DNA from: the human T2T-CHM13v2.0 reference genome, Homo sapiens
Reading direction: 5' to 3' (one strand)
DNA length: 64,000 nt
Assembly: GCF_009914755.1 (NCBI RefSeq)
Contig: NC_060926.1
Shown: positions 12,183 to 25,785 of the stretch, piece after piece
Layout of the letters: each line of letters starts with the position of its first letter
Numbering within the stretch: the first letter of the stretch is position 1
The notes under the pieces: model-generated
Databases searched by the model: none
Told to the model about the DNA's origin: nothing
The model's input: the letters and a program-made list of their open reading frames with translations, nothing else
Made by a program: the position numbers and the translations under genes

Positions 12183-12950
12183 ATGGCCATGAGAGAGACC
12201 AATTCTAGAGTCCTAGCTATTGTCACTCTACTAACTTTATGTAAACTTTGTCCTAACCGTTGCAACATTACCTAATGCCAAATTTTGTAACCCTTGGTCT
12301 TCCCAAAACTACCTATCCAGAGAAAGTTCCACATAGCAGTTGGAAGGATTTGGCTTCACTTACCAAAGATAAAATGGTCAAGTGAGACACCTGGAAGTAA
12401 AAGGAAGTTGATCTTTCATGGGGAAAGTTTTGATCAATGAGAAGTATGAGACCAGAGGTAACCCAAATAAATTCTCTCTCAATATATATCCTCCTGGTTC
12501 GTACTATTTGAAAAGCAAAAACTCATCCTTGCTACAAAGCTGTGGCCACTTATTAATGAACTCCTGTAATTCTGTTCTCCCTCACTCCCTTTAAAAAAAT
12601 GAAAAAGAAATCAGAAGCTGAAGGAAGCATAAACTTATTTGCTTGTGTTTTCTGGTGATTGTCGTTCCTCAGACCTGTTCCCATGGAATTGCAATCATTA
12701 AAAGGCACATAACCTTCTAACTCATATTCTGTTTTCTGTGTAATTCCACCTACTACAATGTGGCTGGCTGGCTGGCTAATGTTTACATAATTTCAGTCGT
12801 AATGCAAGTTTCAAACGGTGCAGCAGTTTGTTCAGCTTCCACTGAAGGGAGCATAGAAAGCTATACTGAAATATGCTTCACTAGAGAAAAGAGTCAGAGA
12901 ACTCAGAATCTGCTCCAATAGGGAAAGTTGTATGCCCAACACTGTTTAAA
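12183..12950 (+). pseudogene. Candidate fossil unit 3: leader (12183-12240), VJ exon (to 12565), C1-like exon (12673-~12950)
   Basis: Leader MAMRETNSRVLAIVTLLTL with a phase-1 GT. V motifs GFGFTY/IKWSSETPGSKRKLIF and EKYETRGNPNKFSLNIYPPGSYY. J-like SCGHLLMNS with a phase-1 donor. Acceptor ttcctcag at 12672, then NVAGWLANVY. Confidence 0.55.
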
Positions 12951-13074
12951 GACTGCCTGAATATTGTTAGAGAGAGATTTGGAATTGTGATTGACAGATA
13001 CCCCAATTCGGGACTAGAAACTTTCAAAAGGCAATAGAAAGGAAAATAGAATAATATGAAAAATGACATTAAGT

Positions 13075-13220
13075 CTGCACACCCGCAATCCCAGCACTTT
13101 GGGAAGCTGAGGTTAGAGGACTGTTTGAGCTCAGGCACTGAGGCTGCAATGAGCCATGATTGTGCCACTGTACCCCAGCTTGGGCAACAGAGTGAGACTT
13201 TGTCTCAAAATAATAATAAG
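13075..13220 (+). mobile_element. Alu monomer (FRAM-like)
   Basis: Single arm 'aatcccagcactttgggaagctgagg...gggcaacagagtgagactttgtctcaaaa'. Confidence 0.85.
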
Positions 13221-13245
13221 AAAATTATATTAAAAATAAAGTTGA

Positions 13246-13548
13246 GGCTGGGCACGGTGGCTCACGCCTGTAATTCTAGCACTTTGGAAGGCCGAGGAGG
13301 GCGGGTCACAAGGTCAAGAGTTCGAGACCAGCCTGACCAATTTGGTGAAAACCCGACCCTGCTAAAAAATACAAATATTAGCCTAACGTGGTGGTGCGTG
13401 CCTGTAGTCCCAGCTACTCAGGAGGCTGAGGCAGGAGACTAGCTGCAACCTGGGCGGCAGAGGTTGCAATGAGCTGAGATCACGCTACTGCATTTCAGCC
13501 TAGGTGACAGAGTGACTCCATCTCAAAAATAAATAAATAAATAAATAA
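13246..13548 (+). mobile_element. AluS, full length
   Basis: Both arms, (AAAT)n tail, TSD-like aaataaa(g/a)ttga. Confidence 0.96.
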
Positions 13549-13639
13549 AATTGAGAAAATCAAGAAGCAAAAGAGGCAAATGGTTCAAAATTCAGTTGAA
13601 AGAAGGACTCTGGCCTGGAGATGGAACTCTGCTGTAGAC

Positions 13640-15560
13640 TGTCATACTATCTTTGCATTCCTGCAAATAACACAAATTTGATTATGGATTATTATCCTTT
13701 TTAATATATTGAATTTGATTTACTAACATTTTGCCCAGAGTTTTGGGATCTATGATGATAAGAGACATCGGCATGTAATTTGTCTTTTTATAATATGCTC
13801 GTCAGCTATAGGATTTGTCATTATGCTGATCATATAAAAGAATTTGAGTAGTTTTACTATTTCCTGAAAGAATTTAAGTATATGTTTGAAAAATTCACTT
13901 GCAAAATCATCTGGACCTGGTATTGTTTGCAGGGTAATGATTTAAAGTTTTATTTAATTTTTTAAATAGAAATAGAACTATATTTTCCATTTGTTCTCAT
14001 GCTTTATTTTGAAAATTACATTTTAAAGAATTTAGTCTATTTTGGTATAAAGTTGTCCATTATACCCTCATCTTATTATCTTAAACCTATAGAATATGTA
14101 GTAATGACCCATGTTTAAATTCTCTCTTATTTTTTCTTGATTAGTTTTCTTTTCCTTTCAATTTTCTTTAAGAACTAAATTTGGTTTTATTGAATCTATT
14201 ATTATTTTCTATTTTATTGTGCACTTATTTTATCTTTATTATTTATTCTCTTTCATTTGGAATGGATTTGCTGATATTTTCTATCTTCTTGAGATGGATT
14301 CTTCAGACTTTCTTCTTTTCCACAATATACCTTTATGTCTATCAATTTTACTTAGCTCGGCTTTAGCTGCATTTCTCAAGTCTCTGTTTTATTTTCATGT
14401 TCATTTAGCTCAAAATATTATCTAAGTTCCTTGACAACTTGTTTATCCAATCAGCTAGTCAGAAGTGCTTTATATAATTGCTAAACCGTTGAAGATATTT
14501 TATTCGTTGCTGTTATTTACTACTAGCTTAATACATTGTGATCAGAGAAATATTCAGTGTGCTTTTCAAACCTTGGGTTAAGGTCCAAGATATAGTCTAT
14601 TTTGTTAAATATTTCACAGCCCTTGGGCAAAAAGGTGTATTCTATTATTGGGTAGAATGATCTTATGTCAGTGAGCTCATTTTTGTTAATGGTGCTGTTC
14701 AAATATTTTATATGCTTTCTGATTTTTTGCCACTTTTTTATGAGTTACTGAAAGAGGTATGGTAACATAGGTTAGTATGATTTTTGGATTTGCGTATTTT
14801 TCATTTTATTTACTCAATATTGGCTCTTCTGTTTGAAGCTACATTTGGGGTACACAAACATGTAATATTGTGTCATTTTATCACTGTATTTAATCTTTTA
14901 TCATTTTGAAATGCCATCTTTGTTTCCAGTGATGCTTCTTGCTCTAAATCTTTTTGTATGATTTTAATAAGACTGTTTATTCTTTCTTTGGTTAATATTG
15001 CATGGCATATCACTTTATATCCTTTTATTTTCATCCTTTCTTATATTTAAGGAATGGCTAACATCCTCTTAATCAGCAATCAAGATTGTTATCAACAAAT
15101 AGTTAGGCTTGGTTTTCATTCAGATTAGAGAATCCTCATCTCTTAATGTTGTCATTGGCATATTTGGATCTAGCACTATTTGCTTACTCTTTTATCCATC
15201 TTTCCTTTTTGTTCCTGTTTTTCTTTGCTGTCTTTCTTGACTTATTGTAAATTAAAAGCTCATTTAAAAATATTTCTATGTTTCTTTTATATTAACTTGT
15301 TCACTATAGATTGTGTTATTTCTGGGGAGGGGAGAATGAGTTTTCTAAAGATTAAAAAATGAACCCATGATTTATTAAATCTATTTTAAATTAGCATTTT
15401 ACTTCTTCTAAGGTGTACAAATTTCTCATAACACTTTAACTCAGTTTACTGTATTCTCAACTTGAGTTATCTTCATCATGTATTTTAAATGTACATATTG
15501 TTATTATTGTTTTAAATAACCAATGTTTATTTACATTTCCTAACATATTTATATAATGTA
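13640..15560 (-). mobile_element. Old L1M ORF2 remnant
   Basis: T-rich antisense L1 ORF2 motifs, e.g. 'aaaatcatctggacctgg'. Highly diverged. Confidence 0.75.
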
Positions 15561-16149
15561 TTTAGATTAACCAATAGAACTATACCTTCTAAAAATTATA
15601 GCAATTCAGTAAATACATGAGAACCAGAAGAAAATTATAACTTCAATAGTATTTGTTGATTAGAAGAAAATTAAACTCAAGAAAGTAACAGAAGATCATA
15701 ACAACCTCAATCATGTAGTATGAAGGGATTAATACTAGTAAAAGTATAAACTAGTAATAAAATTTAAAAGAAAAATTAAAAGGCACTATAGACTTGATGA
15801 ATAAAATTAAATGAAAATCCAAATAAAATAAATAAACTATCTGCGAGCCTATAAAAGGAAAAAAAGGTACAATAAAATTAGAATAAAGATGACATATTTT
15901 CAGTTGCAGAGAATGCTAAAAAGCATGAAGTAACTAGTGTCATTAGAAGTACAACATTACATTTGAAACTGCAAATGAATTAAACTAACAAAAAAGAAAA
16001 AATCCAAAGAGAGCAATAATTAGAGAATAATTTGAAAAGATATAAAGATTTACCACTAATAATGATACTGGCCCAGGAAATTTTATTGGAGATTCCAAAT
16101 ATATTTTTAGAGAACAAGTAATTCTTATGTTATGTATATTAAAAAAAAA

Positions 16150-17395
16150 AAGAGTAGACAAATCTAACATTTCACCTAGGGGAACTAGAAAAAAGAGCGA
16201 ACCTTAAAGCTGGCAGAAGAAAAGAAATAACTAAAATTGGAGAAGAAATGAATGAAATAAAAAGAATTCAAACAAAAGATCAGAAATCAAAAGTTGGTTC
16301 TTCAAAAGAATAAACCAGATTGATAGACCACTAGATAGATTAACAAAGAAAAAGAGAGAGAAGATTCAAATAAGCACAATCAGAAATGACAAAAGTGACA
16401 TTACAACTTATCCTACAAAAATACAAAAGATCCTTGGAGACTATTATGAATACCCCTAGGTGCACAAATTAAAAAATCTAGAGTAAATGGATAAATTTCT
16501 AGAAACACAAAATCTTCCAAGATTTAGCCAGGCAGAAACCGAAAACCTGAACAAACCAATAACAAGTTCCAAAATTGAATCAGTAATAAAAAAGAATTTA
16601 CCAACCAAAAAAAGTCCTGTACCAGAAGAATTCACAGCTGAATTCTACCAGACATAAAGAGAAGAGCTGGTACCAATCCTACTGAAGCTATTCCAAAAAA
16701 TTGAGGAGGAAAGATTCCACTTAACCCATTCTATGAAGCCAGTATCACCCTGACACCAAACTCTGGCAAAGACAAAAAGAAAACTTCAGACCAATATCCC
16801 CAATGAACATAGATACAAAGATCCTCAACAAAAGACTAGCTACCATTTGGCCCCAAAATCTCATTACTGAGTATATACACAAAGAAAATAAATCATTCTA
16901 CAAAAGGACACATGCACCCACATGTTCATCACAGGGCTATTCACAACAGCAAAAACCTAGTATCAACCCGAGTGCCCATCAGCGGTAGATTAGATAAAGA
17001 AAATGTAGTACATATACACCATGGAATACTATCTAGCCATAAAAAAATAAAAATAAAATCATGTCCTTTGCAGCAACATGGATGAAACTGGAGACCACTA
17101 TCCTAAGGAAACTAATGCAGAAACAGAAAACCAAATGCTCTATTTTCTTACTTATAAGTGGGAGCTAAACATGGGCTACACATGGACATAAAGATGGCAA
17201 TAGTAAACAGAACTACTAGAAGAGGAGAGTGGGAGGAGGGAAGGGCGGAAAAACTACATATTTGGGACTATACTCACTACCTAAGTGACAGGTTTAATTA
17301 CACCAAGCCATGGCATCATGCGACACACCTTTGTAAACAACCTGCAGATGTATACCGATTATAAAATAAAAGTTGAAAATTTAAAAATAAAAATA
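16150..17395 (+). mobile_element. Older primate L1 (L1PA16/17-like) with large internal deletion, nested in L1M sequence spanning ~15600-18200
   Basis: ORF2 [10 protein letters not shown] jumps at ~16840 to the ORF2 C-terminal region, followed by a complete 3'UTR and aataaa tail. Confidence 0.88.
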
Positions 17396-18214
17396 ATAAA
17401 TGACAAAAGAATGATAAAGGGGGATATATTCTCAATTCATTCTATAGTGAATCATGTTAAAAGAACAATATAAAATGTCTACATAATGTTCATACCAGGA
17501 ATTCAGCATGAGGTAACATTAAGAAAAATATGAATAAAACCCTCTATAATAATTCTAGGAAAAAAATATGATTGTTACATGTCATTTATATAATTCATAA
17601 TTCATTTCTTCTTAAAACTTTAAATGTTACAAGATGCTGACTTCATTTTATTTAGTAAGTGAACATTTTAATGGTCCTATGCTGGGAATATATTTTAAAC
17701 TTAATACAATTCAAAGATACATCACCTTACCACTATCATTCAATAGTGTTTTAAAATTTACTAGCCAATTGCAACTAAACAAGACAGGGAAAATTTGAAA
17801 AGGAGCAGGTAAAATTAATATTATTTTCTTTTATGTGATTTTATATCAGAAATGCTTAACAGAGTAAATTAAATCATTGTTACAAAGAATAAGATGATAT
17901 GGTGAAGTGATTGGGTTGAGTATTAATTTACAAAAATTAGTACCTTTTCCATACTTAAGAAACAATCAATTAGAAAAATACAATGAAAAGAACAACCCAT
18001 TGTAATAGCAACAAAAAATCTAAGAAACACCCCAATAAAAATGTGGAAGGTTAAATAAAAATATTATATCAATAATATATTAATAGATTTTATTAATCAT
18101 TTCATATAAAGATTCAATATCATAAAAATATTATGAATATGTCTAGACTTTCAAAAATAAATTTATAAATGCAATATTATTCCTGTAAAATTTCTAACAT
18201 GATTTTTAAAAATG

Positions 18215-20060
18215 ATTTTTTTTCCCCATTGAGTGGTCTTGGCAGTATTGTCAGAAATCACTTGACTGTATGTGTGAGGGTTTGTTTCTGGGCTCTCTAT
18301 TCCATTTCATTGGTACATATGTCTGTCTTTATACAAGTACCACACTATTCTGATAGCTGTAGCTTTGTAGCAAGCTTGGAAAATTGGAAGTGTGAATCTT
18401 TCAGCTTTGTTTGTTCTTTTTTAAGATTGGTTTGGCTATTTTGGCCCTTGAGAAACCATATACATTTTAGGATAGATTTTTCTAATTCTGTAAAAGCATT
18501 ATTGTAATTTTCACAGGGATTACATTAAATCTGAATTGACATCTTAACAATATTTTCTTCTAATTCCTAAACATGGGATGTGTTCCCATGTATTTAGGGC
18601 TTCTTTTATTTCCTTCAGCAATATTTTGTAGTTTTCATGTACAAGCTCTTCACCTCCTTGATTAAATTAATTTCATTAATAGAATCTTAAATATTTTATT
18701 CTTTTTGATAGTATTATAATTGGGATTGTTTTATTAATTTCCTTTTCAGATGGTTCATTGTTAGTGTATGGAAATGCAACTGATTCTTGTGTGTTGACTT
18801 TTTATCCTGCTACTTTGCTGAATTCATTTATTCCAACAGTTTTTTTGTGTGGAATCTTTAGGGTTTTCTACATATAAGATCACATTATCTGTGAACAGAG
18901 ATAATTTTACTTCTTATATTCTATTTGTATGCTTTTCATTTCTTTTCCTTGCCCCAGTGCTCTCACTAGAACTCCAGTTCTATTTTAAATAGAAGTGACA
19001 AAAGCAGGCATGCTTGCATTGTTCCTAATCCTAGAGGAAAAGATATTAATCTTTCACTATTAGTATGATTATCACTGTGGGTTTTCCATATATGGATTTT
19101 ATTATATTGAGGTGGTTTCCTTCTATATGCATTTTTTGAGTGTTTAAATCATCCAAGTGTTTAATGTTATGAAATCCTTTTTCCACGTTGAGACGATCAC
19201 ATAGGTATTTTCCTTCATTTTGTTAACGTGGTGTAGTTCAGTGAACAATTTTTATATGTTGAATGATTGTTACATTCCATGACCATACACCTGGTCATGG
19301 TGTATAATCCTTTTAACATGCTACTGAATTTGATTTGCTAGTATTGTTGGGATTTTGCATCAATATTCATAAGGAATATTGGTCTGTAGTTTTCTTTTCT
19401 TGTAGCGTCTTTGTCTGGGTTTGGTATTAGGATAATACTGGCTTCACAGAATGATTTAGTGAGTATTCTCTCCTCTTCAAATTCTTGGAAAAGTTTGAGA
19501 AGGACAGGTATTAGTTCTTTAAATGGCCGGTCGGTGGAATTCACTAGAGAAGCCATCAAACCCGTGATTTTTGTTGTCTGGAGATTTTAAATTAGTGATT
19601 CAATGTCTCTACTAGTTTACAGCTCTATTCATATTTTCTCTTTCTGTGTGATTTAGTCTTGGTAGGTTTTGCATTTCTAGGAATTTATCCATTTCATCTA
19701 GGTTATCCAATTTGTTGGTGTATAATTTTTCATAGAACTCTCTTACAATCCTTTTTATTTCTGTAGAATTATTAGTAATGCCCCAACTTTTATTTCTGAT
19801 TTTAGTAATTTGAGTCTTCCCTCTGTTTTTCTTAGTCTATCTTGCTAAAGGTTTGACAATTTTTTTAATCTTTTTTTTTCAAAGAACCAACTTTTGATTT
19901 CATCGATTTTCTCTATTGTTTCTCTATTCTGCATTTTATTCACCTGTGCTCTAATCTTTATCATTTCCTTCCTTCTGCTAGCTTTGTTTAGTCTATTTTT
20001 CTTTTATAGTTTCTTAAGTTATAAAATCATGTCATTGATTTGTGATCTAATTTTTTATAG
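18215..20060 (-). mobile_element. L1M ORF2 (RT region) remnant
   Basis: ORF 19338-19559 [13 protein letters not shown]...[15 protein letters not shown] matches L1 ORF2. Confidence 0.92.
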
Positions 20061-20089
20061 TAAGTGTAAAGCCTCTGCATTTTAAATAT

Positions 20090-21690
20090 ATCATTTTTCT
20101 CCAAACTGATTTATAAAGGCAATGCAATTCCAATTGAAGTCTCTGCAAATCTGTTTAAATTGAAAAGCCAATTTTGAAGTCGATATGGCACTATAAATAG
20201 CCAAAATTAGTGGACATAATACTCTTGACAAGAAAGAATATGGTTAGAGGATTTATGCTATCAGAAGTGAAGACTTATTATAAAGTACAATAATTAAGGC
20301 AGTGTGGTATTGGCATAAAGATAGACAAATCAAACAGTATATTAGAATGGAAAGCCCCAACACATATAGACACATGTTGATTCATAATAATTTATAATGA
20401 AGTTGATACAAAAATGCTTTTGATAAAAAATGATCTATTACATAACTAGTGCTGGGTTAATTGAATAACCATATAGAAATTTATAGATTATCCTTACATA
20501 GATTTTCTAAAAATATATTAATCTTGACTCTATACCATCCATAAAAATCCCTTCTATGAGTATGATAGACCAAAATATAAAACTTACATCATAAAATGTC
20601 TAGAGGATATTGTAAGAAGCTATTTTTCATGATCTTGGTGTAGAAAAGGATTTCTTAAAGAGGATAGAACAGTACTAATCCTAAACAGGCAGATCTGCAA
20701 ATTGAACGCTATTAAAATTTAAAACACTCTTAATCAAAAGACACCACTAAGAGAGTAAAACTGCAAGCCACACACAGAGAGCAAGTATTTGCAACACATA
20801 TACCCAAGAAAGAACTAATATCTGGAATATATAAAAGATCATGTAAATCACTAGGAGAAGGGTAGACAAGCAACTTTTTTTAAAGGACAAATAATTATAA
20901 CAAGAATATCAAAAAAGAGGCTATCTAAATTATCAGTAAATATATGAAATGTTACTCAGTTTCATCTGTCATTAGGGATATTCAAATCAAAACCACAATA
21001 AAATACCAGAACAAACCTACCAGAATGGGAAAAATATATACGTCTGACGATACCAAGTTATGACAATACCACACTTCATATTGTGTTATTGGGGAGGAAA
21101 TTTGTAAATCCACTTTGAAAAACTGTTTGGCAGTGTCCATTAAAGGTTAAAATTCACATACCTATGACTAAGCAATTCAACTCCTTGATATATACCTAAC
21201 AGATATATAAATACTCCAGAAGATACATGCAAGAATGTTATGGAAATAATATTTCTAGCAGCCAAAACTAGAAATTATTTAAATGTTCGCCAAGAAATTG
21301 ATACATAAATTATGGTATATTCAAATTACTGCTACACACAACATTTGGATGAATCTAAAATCAACATATAGAGCTGAAGAAGGTAAGTACAGAAGAATAC
21401 ATACTTTAGGATCTTACCTCTATAATGCATAGCAACAGCCAAAACTAATCTTTGGTGATATAATTCAGACTAAAGGTTTCTACTGGGGATGGTGCTAAAG
21501 ATGGGGCACAGGGGAGATTGCTTAAGTGATGGCTAGTTTCTATATTCTGATTTGCATGTTGGTGGTAGGATTTTACCATATTCTTACTTTGAAAATTCAC
21601 TGAAATGTACACTTACATATATATGCTTCTATAAATATATTAATATATGTTACATTAATATATATTAGTCTTTAATAAATATTAAATAAA
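20090..21690 (+). mobile_element. L1ME-type 3' portion
   Basis: 'acagtgtggtattggcataaagatagac'-like and 'ccactttgaaaaactgtttggcagt' motifs, plus an L1ME 3'UTR. Confidence 0.85.
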
Positions 21691-21954
21691 AACCCAGTTT
21701 TAGTAACACCTTATCCGGGCTAACTTCTATAACTTTCCAGGCAGGGTGAAGCAATCCTTCTGCGTTCACAATGTATTGCTTATGTGTCTTTTTGAGTACT
21801 CATAAAGGTAAATTGAATATGTGTCAGTTTACTCAACGGATTCATAATTAACTTGTTTATTCTTTAAGAAGAGTTCTGTGAAATGCAGGGGCAAGAATCC
21901 TTAAGGAATCATAGTAACCATTTTGTAATCCATGTTGATATTGGGAAAACATCT

Positions 21955-22965
21955 ATGGGTAATGCTCTCTTCAGCTCTGCCCTGGGCTTGCTGTGGTGAT
22001 CCTTGAGATGACAGGGCTTGACAAAACAGCCTACCAGGAACCTGGGGGACCTTTCTCCAAGAAGATGACACTTTCCTGCATGGTATCTAGTCCCTCAGAT
22101 CTGCTTCTTTTTTCTTAGACCAGAATCCTGCCAAAATTCCCCTCCATTTTCTTTCTTCATTCCTCACTAATTTTACCAAGTGATTAAAGTGTGTGTTAGA
22201 CATTGGTAAAGAGTATTTCAGCAATGTGTGATCAAGACAGATTTCTTCATGAAGATATATTCTTCCATGTTTTAATTTAGCTGGTATTGATCTTCCAAAA
22301 TACTGGCTTCTTGAGCTGTGACGCAGAGTAGAAGTTTCTTCTCTCTGAACTCATAAGGTAGACTATGTTTATTTTACTCTTATTGTTTAAGGAGTCATAA
22401 GTTTTGCATATGAATCCAAGTTACTGTACTACCTCTAGTGTATTCAGGGCATCCTCTGCTGAAGTACTGTTTACCAGTGTCTGATCCTGCCGGCCTTTAC
22501 ACAAATGGCAGCATTTTTGTGCTTTTTAAATACTTTCCATCTGTCTCCTATTACAAGAGCTTGTTGTTCTCTTCACCCAAATTCTGTTTCTCCTTCTCTT
22601 TGCACAGAATTAACTACAAATTTCTTCAGTCTCTAGTACAAAAAAGCCCTAACTTTATTCAATTCCATACCATCGGCTACATCTCCAGAGACCTGGTCTT
22701 AAACAGCAAAGCAGCAAGATGGTTTTAGAGTCATCCAGGCATGTTTAATATTGACCTTATCATTCCAGCCAAGAAAAGCTCCTACTGCTTTAGAAATTGG
22801 GTTTCCAAGCAGGATGAAAATATTGTTTAGTTTGCAAATTTACAGAAAAGTTTCTCTTTCTCTAGGTAATAAGAATAAAGAACAAAGGAGAAAAAAATGT
22901 ACAGAATACTTTATGTCTTTTACCTTGATAAACATTTTCCCCCAAATCACAACTCAAGTCTGGCC
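21955..22965 (+). pseudogene. Candidate fossil unit 4: fused leader-V exon (21955-22357), C1 exon (22439-~22721), TCR alpha/delta-like TM exon (22866-~22965)
   Basis: MGNALFSSALGLLW*SLR*QGLTKQP; single frame KKMTLSCMVSS..FS*TRILPKFPSIFFL..DRF..QNTGFLSC (Cys 22077 and 22317). Donor AG|GTAGAC and an 81-nt intron. Open phase-1 frame with FKYFPSV. TM YRILY../LINIF..ITTQVW. Confidence 0.62.
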
Positions 22966-23129
22966 AACTTGCGTGCCTGTCAACAGTAAATTTCAGTGTC
23001 ATGTATTCATAGCTAATCAGTACTCTTTTCTTCTCTTTAGGTTGATATTTTAACCCTAGATAAACTCTGCTTTCATTTTGAAAACAAATTTGTTATAGAG
23101 GCAAAAATAAATCCCAAACCAGTTTCTAG

Positions 23130-24000
23130 TTCCCTCTGGTCTATCCAGGAATACAACTGTTATATAACCAACTAGTTACTTAAGCCAGAAACTTTGGAAT
23201 TGTTATGGTTCTTTCCTCTCCTTGATCCTCACGACTATTCCATTATTACTAATGGAACCTATTGATTTCATGCTTAAATAGCTTTCAAGTCCATATACTC
23301 ACCCAGACTTGCAATATCGCTATCCTACTCCATGCTACTAGCAGTGTTCACTTGGAGTAATGCAATGGCTTCCTAATACAAGGGTCCCTAGTAGCTAGAA
23401 AGAGCAAGGAAACAGATTTTCTCGAGTCTCCCAAGGGGAGTAGCTCTGTGCACACCTTGGTCCATCCACATATTCTCTTCCATTTCAAGCAGTTGGAGAA
23501 AAAATGTTTTCACAGTACCTAAAAGACAGATTACATCAACCCATTTGTCCTAAAAATAAATATCAAAATCCTTAATGCAACTTGCATGGCTCTACCTAGT
23601 CTGACATCTTTCTACCCTTCTAGTCTCTGGTCACTCCAGAACCCGCCTCACTGAATGCATCCCAGCCACATACGCCTTCCTGCAGCTCCTAGAACAAGCT
23701 GTGCTGCCTCTCTCATTCATCCTTCAGAGCCCAGAGAAAGCTTTGTTGACCACCCTGAGTAGATCAAGCTCCCCTACTCTTTCAATTATAGCAGTTGCCA
23801 CATTAGTAGTTTAATGTGTTTAGTAATTTAATTTGATGAATTATTTAAAGAATTTTTGTCACTTTTTCTGAACAGAAACTAAATACTGACAGGAACTTAG
23901 TTGTTTTTTCATTCATGATTATCTCAAGTACCTAGCACCGAATGTGACTCATGGCTTTTAGCTCATTAAGAATTTGATGAATGAATGAATGAAAAAATAA
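23130..24000 (+). mobile_element. L2 3' region
   Basis: L2 motifs ending in 'tgaatgaatgaatga'. Confidence 0.8.
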
Positions 24001-24299
24001 TCATCTAGCCTGTGTAAATAAATAAAAGCATTTTAATCTTGGCTACATTCTCTTAAAAATTCTAAAGGCTTGAAATATTAGTATGACATTTTCTTTAAAA
24101 TTATTTTTGATATTTCTTATACTTCTCCATTTCTTCTCTCCCTTTTCTTCTCTCCCAAGAAAATCTGTGCCCAGCCAAAATAAATCCCACTAGCTTTTCT
24201 TCTTCCCCAGCGTTTTCTTGCATTGGCTTACTTATTAGAATAAGTATGATGCTTTCTGGTTAGAAGATAATCTTTATAGAAATAAGTGAGAGCTGGGAA

Positions 24300-24560
24300 G
24301 AAATAATGGTTAACATCTACTGAGGGCTTCTTATGTGTCAGACACTGGTTTAAACACTTTATATGCGTTGGCTTATTTAAACTTCAAAACAACCCATTAG
24401 GTTAATGCTAAGACAATTCCCATTTTATTGAGGAAAAAATGTGAAGCCCAAAAGAGTTAGTAACTTGTCAAGATCTTAAGGATGATAAATGGTTGAGACC
24501 CTGTCTGAGCCTGGAAAGTCAGGGTTCACTGTCAATGATCTTCATCACTTAGTAACACAT
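24300..24560 (-). mobile_element. MIR
   Basis: 'cccattttattgaggaaaa...agagttagtaacttgtcaagatc' MIR core. Confidence 0.8.
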
Positions 24561-25319
24561 TGTCACCTCCCTAAAGCAACAAAACACTTATCATTGGGAG
24601 TGATCGTGGAATAGGCTGTGGAAATGCATGCATTTACAGTTTTTTTGTGTGTGTATTATACTGCCTCCCTCCCTCTGCTCAGTGTTTATCACAAACCCTT
24701 TCCAGGCCAATAAAAAACCAGTAGAATGAACTATTAAATGAAATAATTGATTACCCAATGAGTCAGTCAGTCAAGTGGTACAATTTAAGGAGTTGAAGCA
24801 AAAAAGTGACCGATAAACAATGTGTGTTAGGAAGAATAACCCATAGGATAGATTGTAGAGGCAGCCTTGAAAAACACTAGTGTCTAGACACATGATATGG
24901 AGTAAAGGCATTTAGAATAGAATATAATCATGAAACTGGATAGAGAGACACCCTTTACAGAATGTATTAAATGTGAAGTTTTTAACTATTCTTTCTTTTA
25001 CTTCCATTTACATAGCCATAGAAGGACACATAAGGTAGTTATTAAAAAACGGGAAGAAAATTTACGCCTATATAAGTTGTTTAACTATCTCATGGCCCAG
25101 ATTAGAAAGTTACTGTCTAGAAAAAGTCTGGCTTCTGCCTTAACTGAACTTATTTCTCACTTAACATCTCACAGGAATTACAGTAACCTCTCTCACTGTA
25201 GTTTCAGTGATAAGAAAGGAATTTAAATTGTTTCCAAAAGGGTCTTTCTCTCTTTACATTCATCTTTCTTTCTCTTCTCCAAATCATATTAAATTTATTC
25301 TCAAGTTTCTAAATTCTAC

Positions 25320-25785
25320 TCTGGTAATCAGAATAATGCTCCCCCTGGAGATGTCCACCTTGCAATCCTCAGAACCTGTCAATATGTTATTTGTCTAGAA
25401 AAAATGGTCTTTGCAGATATAATTACATTAAGGATCTTGAGATGGGGAAAGTGTTTTGGATTGGATGGGTTGGCCCAATATAATCGCAAGGGTTCTTATA
25501 AAAGGGAGACAGGGATGTCAGAGCCAGAGTCAGTGTTTCGGAGATGATACTGTTGTCTTTGAAAACGTAGTAAGGGGCCATAAGCCAATGAATGCAGAAG
25601 GCACCTAGTAGCTGGATAGCGCAAGAAAGCAGATGATTCTCTATAGTCTCCGAAAGGTTGCAGCCCTGTGCACACCTTGATTTGCAGGATTTCTGACCTC
25701 CGGAATTGTAAAATAATAAATTTGTGTTGCTTTAAGTGATTAAATTTCTAGAAATTTGCTACAACAGCAATAGGAATCTAATATC
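25320..25785 (+). mobile_element. MLT1D-like MaLR LTR
   Basis: 'cagaataatgctccccc...ctttgcagatataatta...ataataaatttgtgttgc...acagcaataggaatctaata'. Confidence 0.88.
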
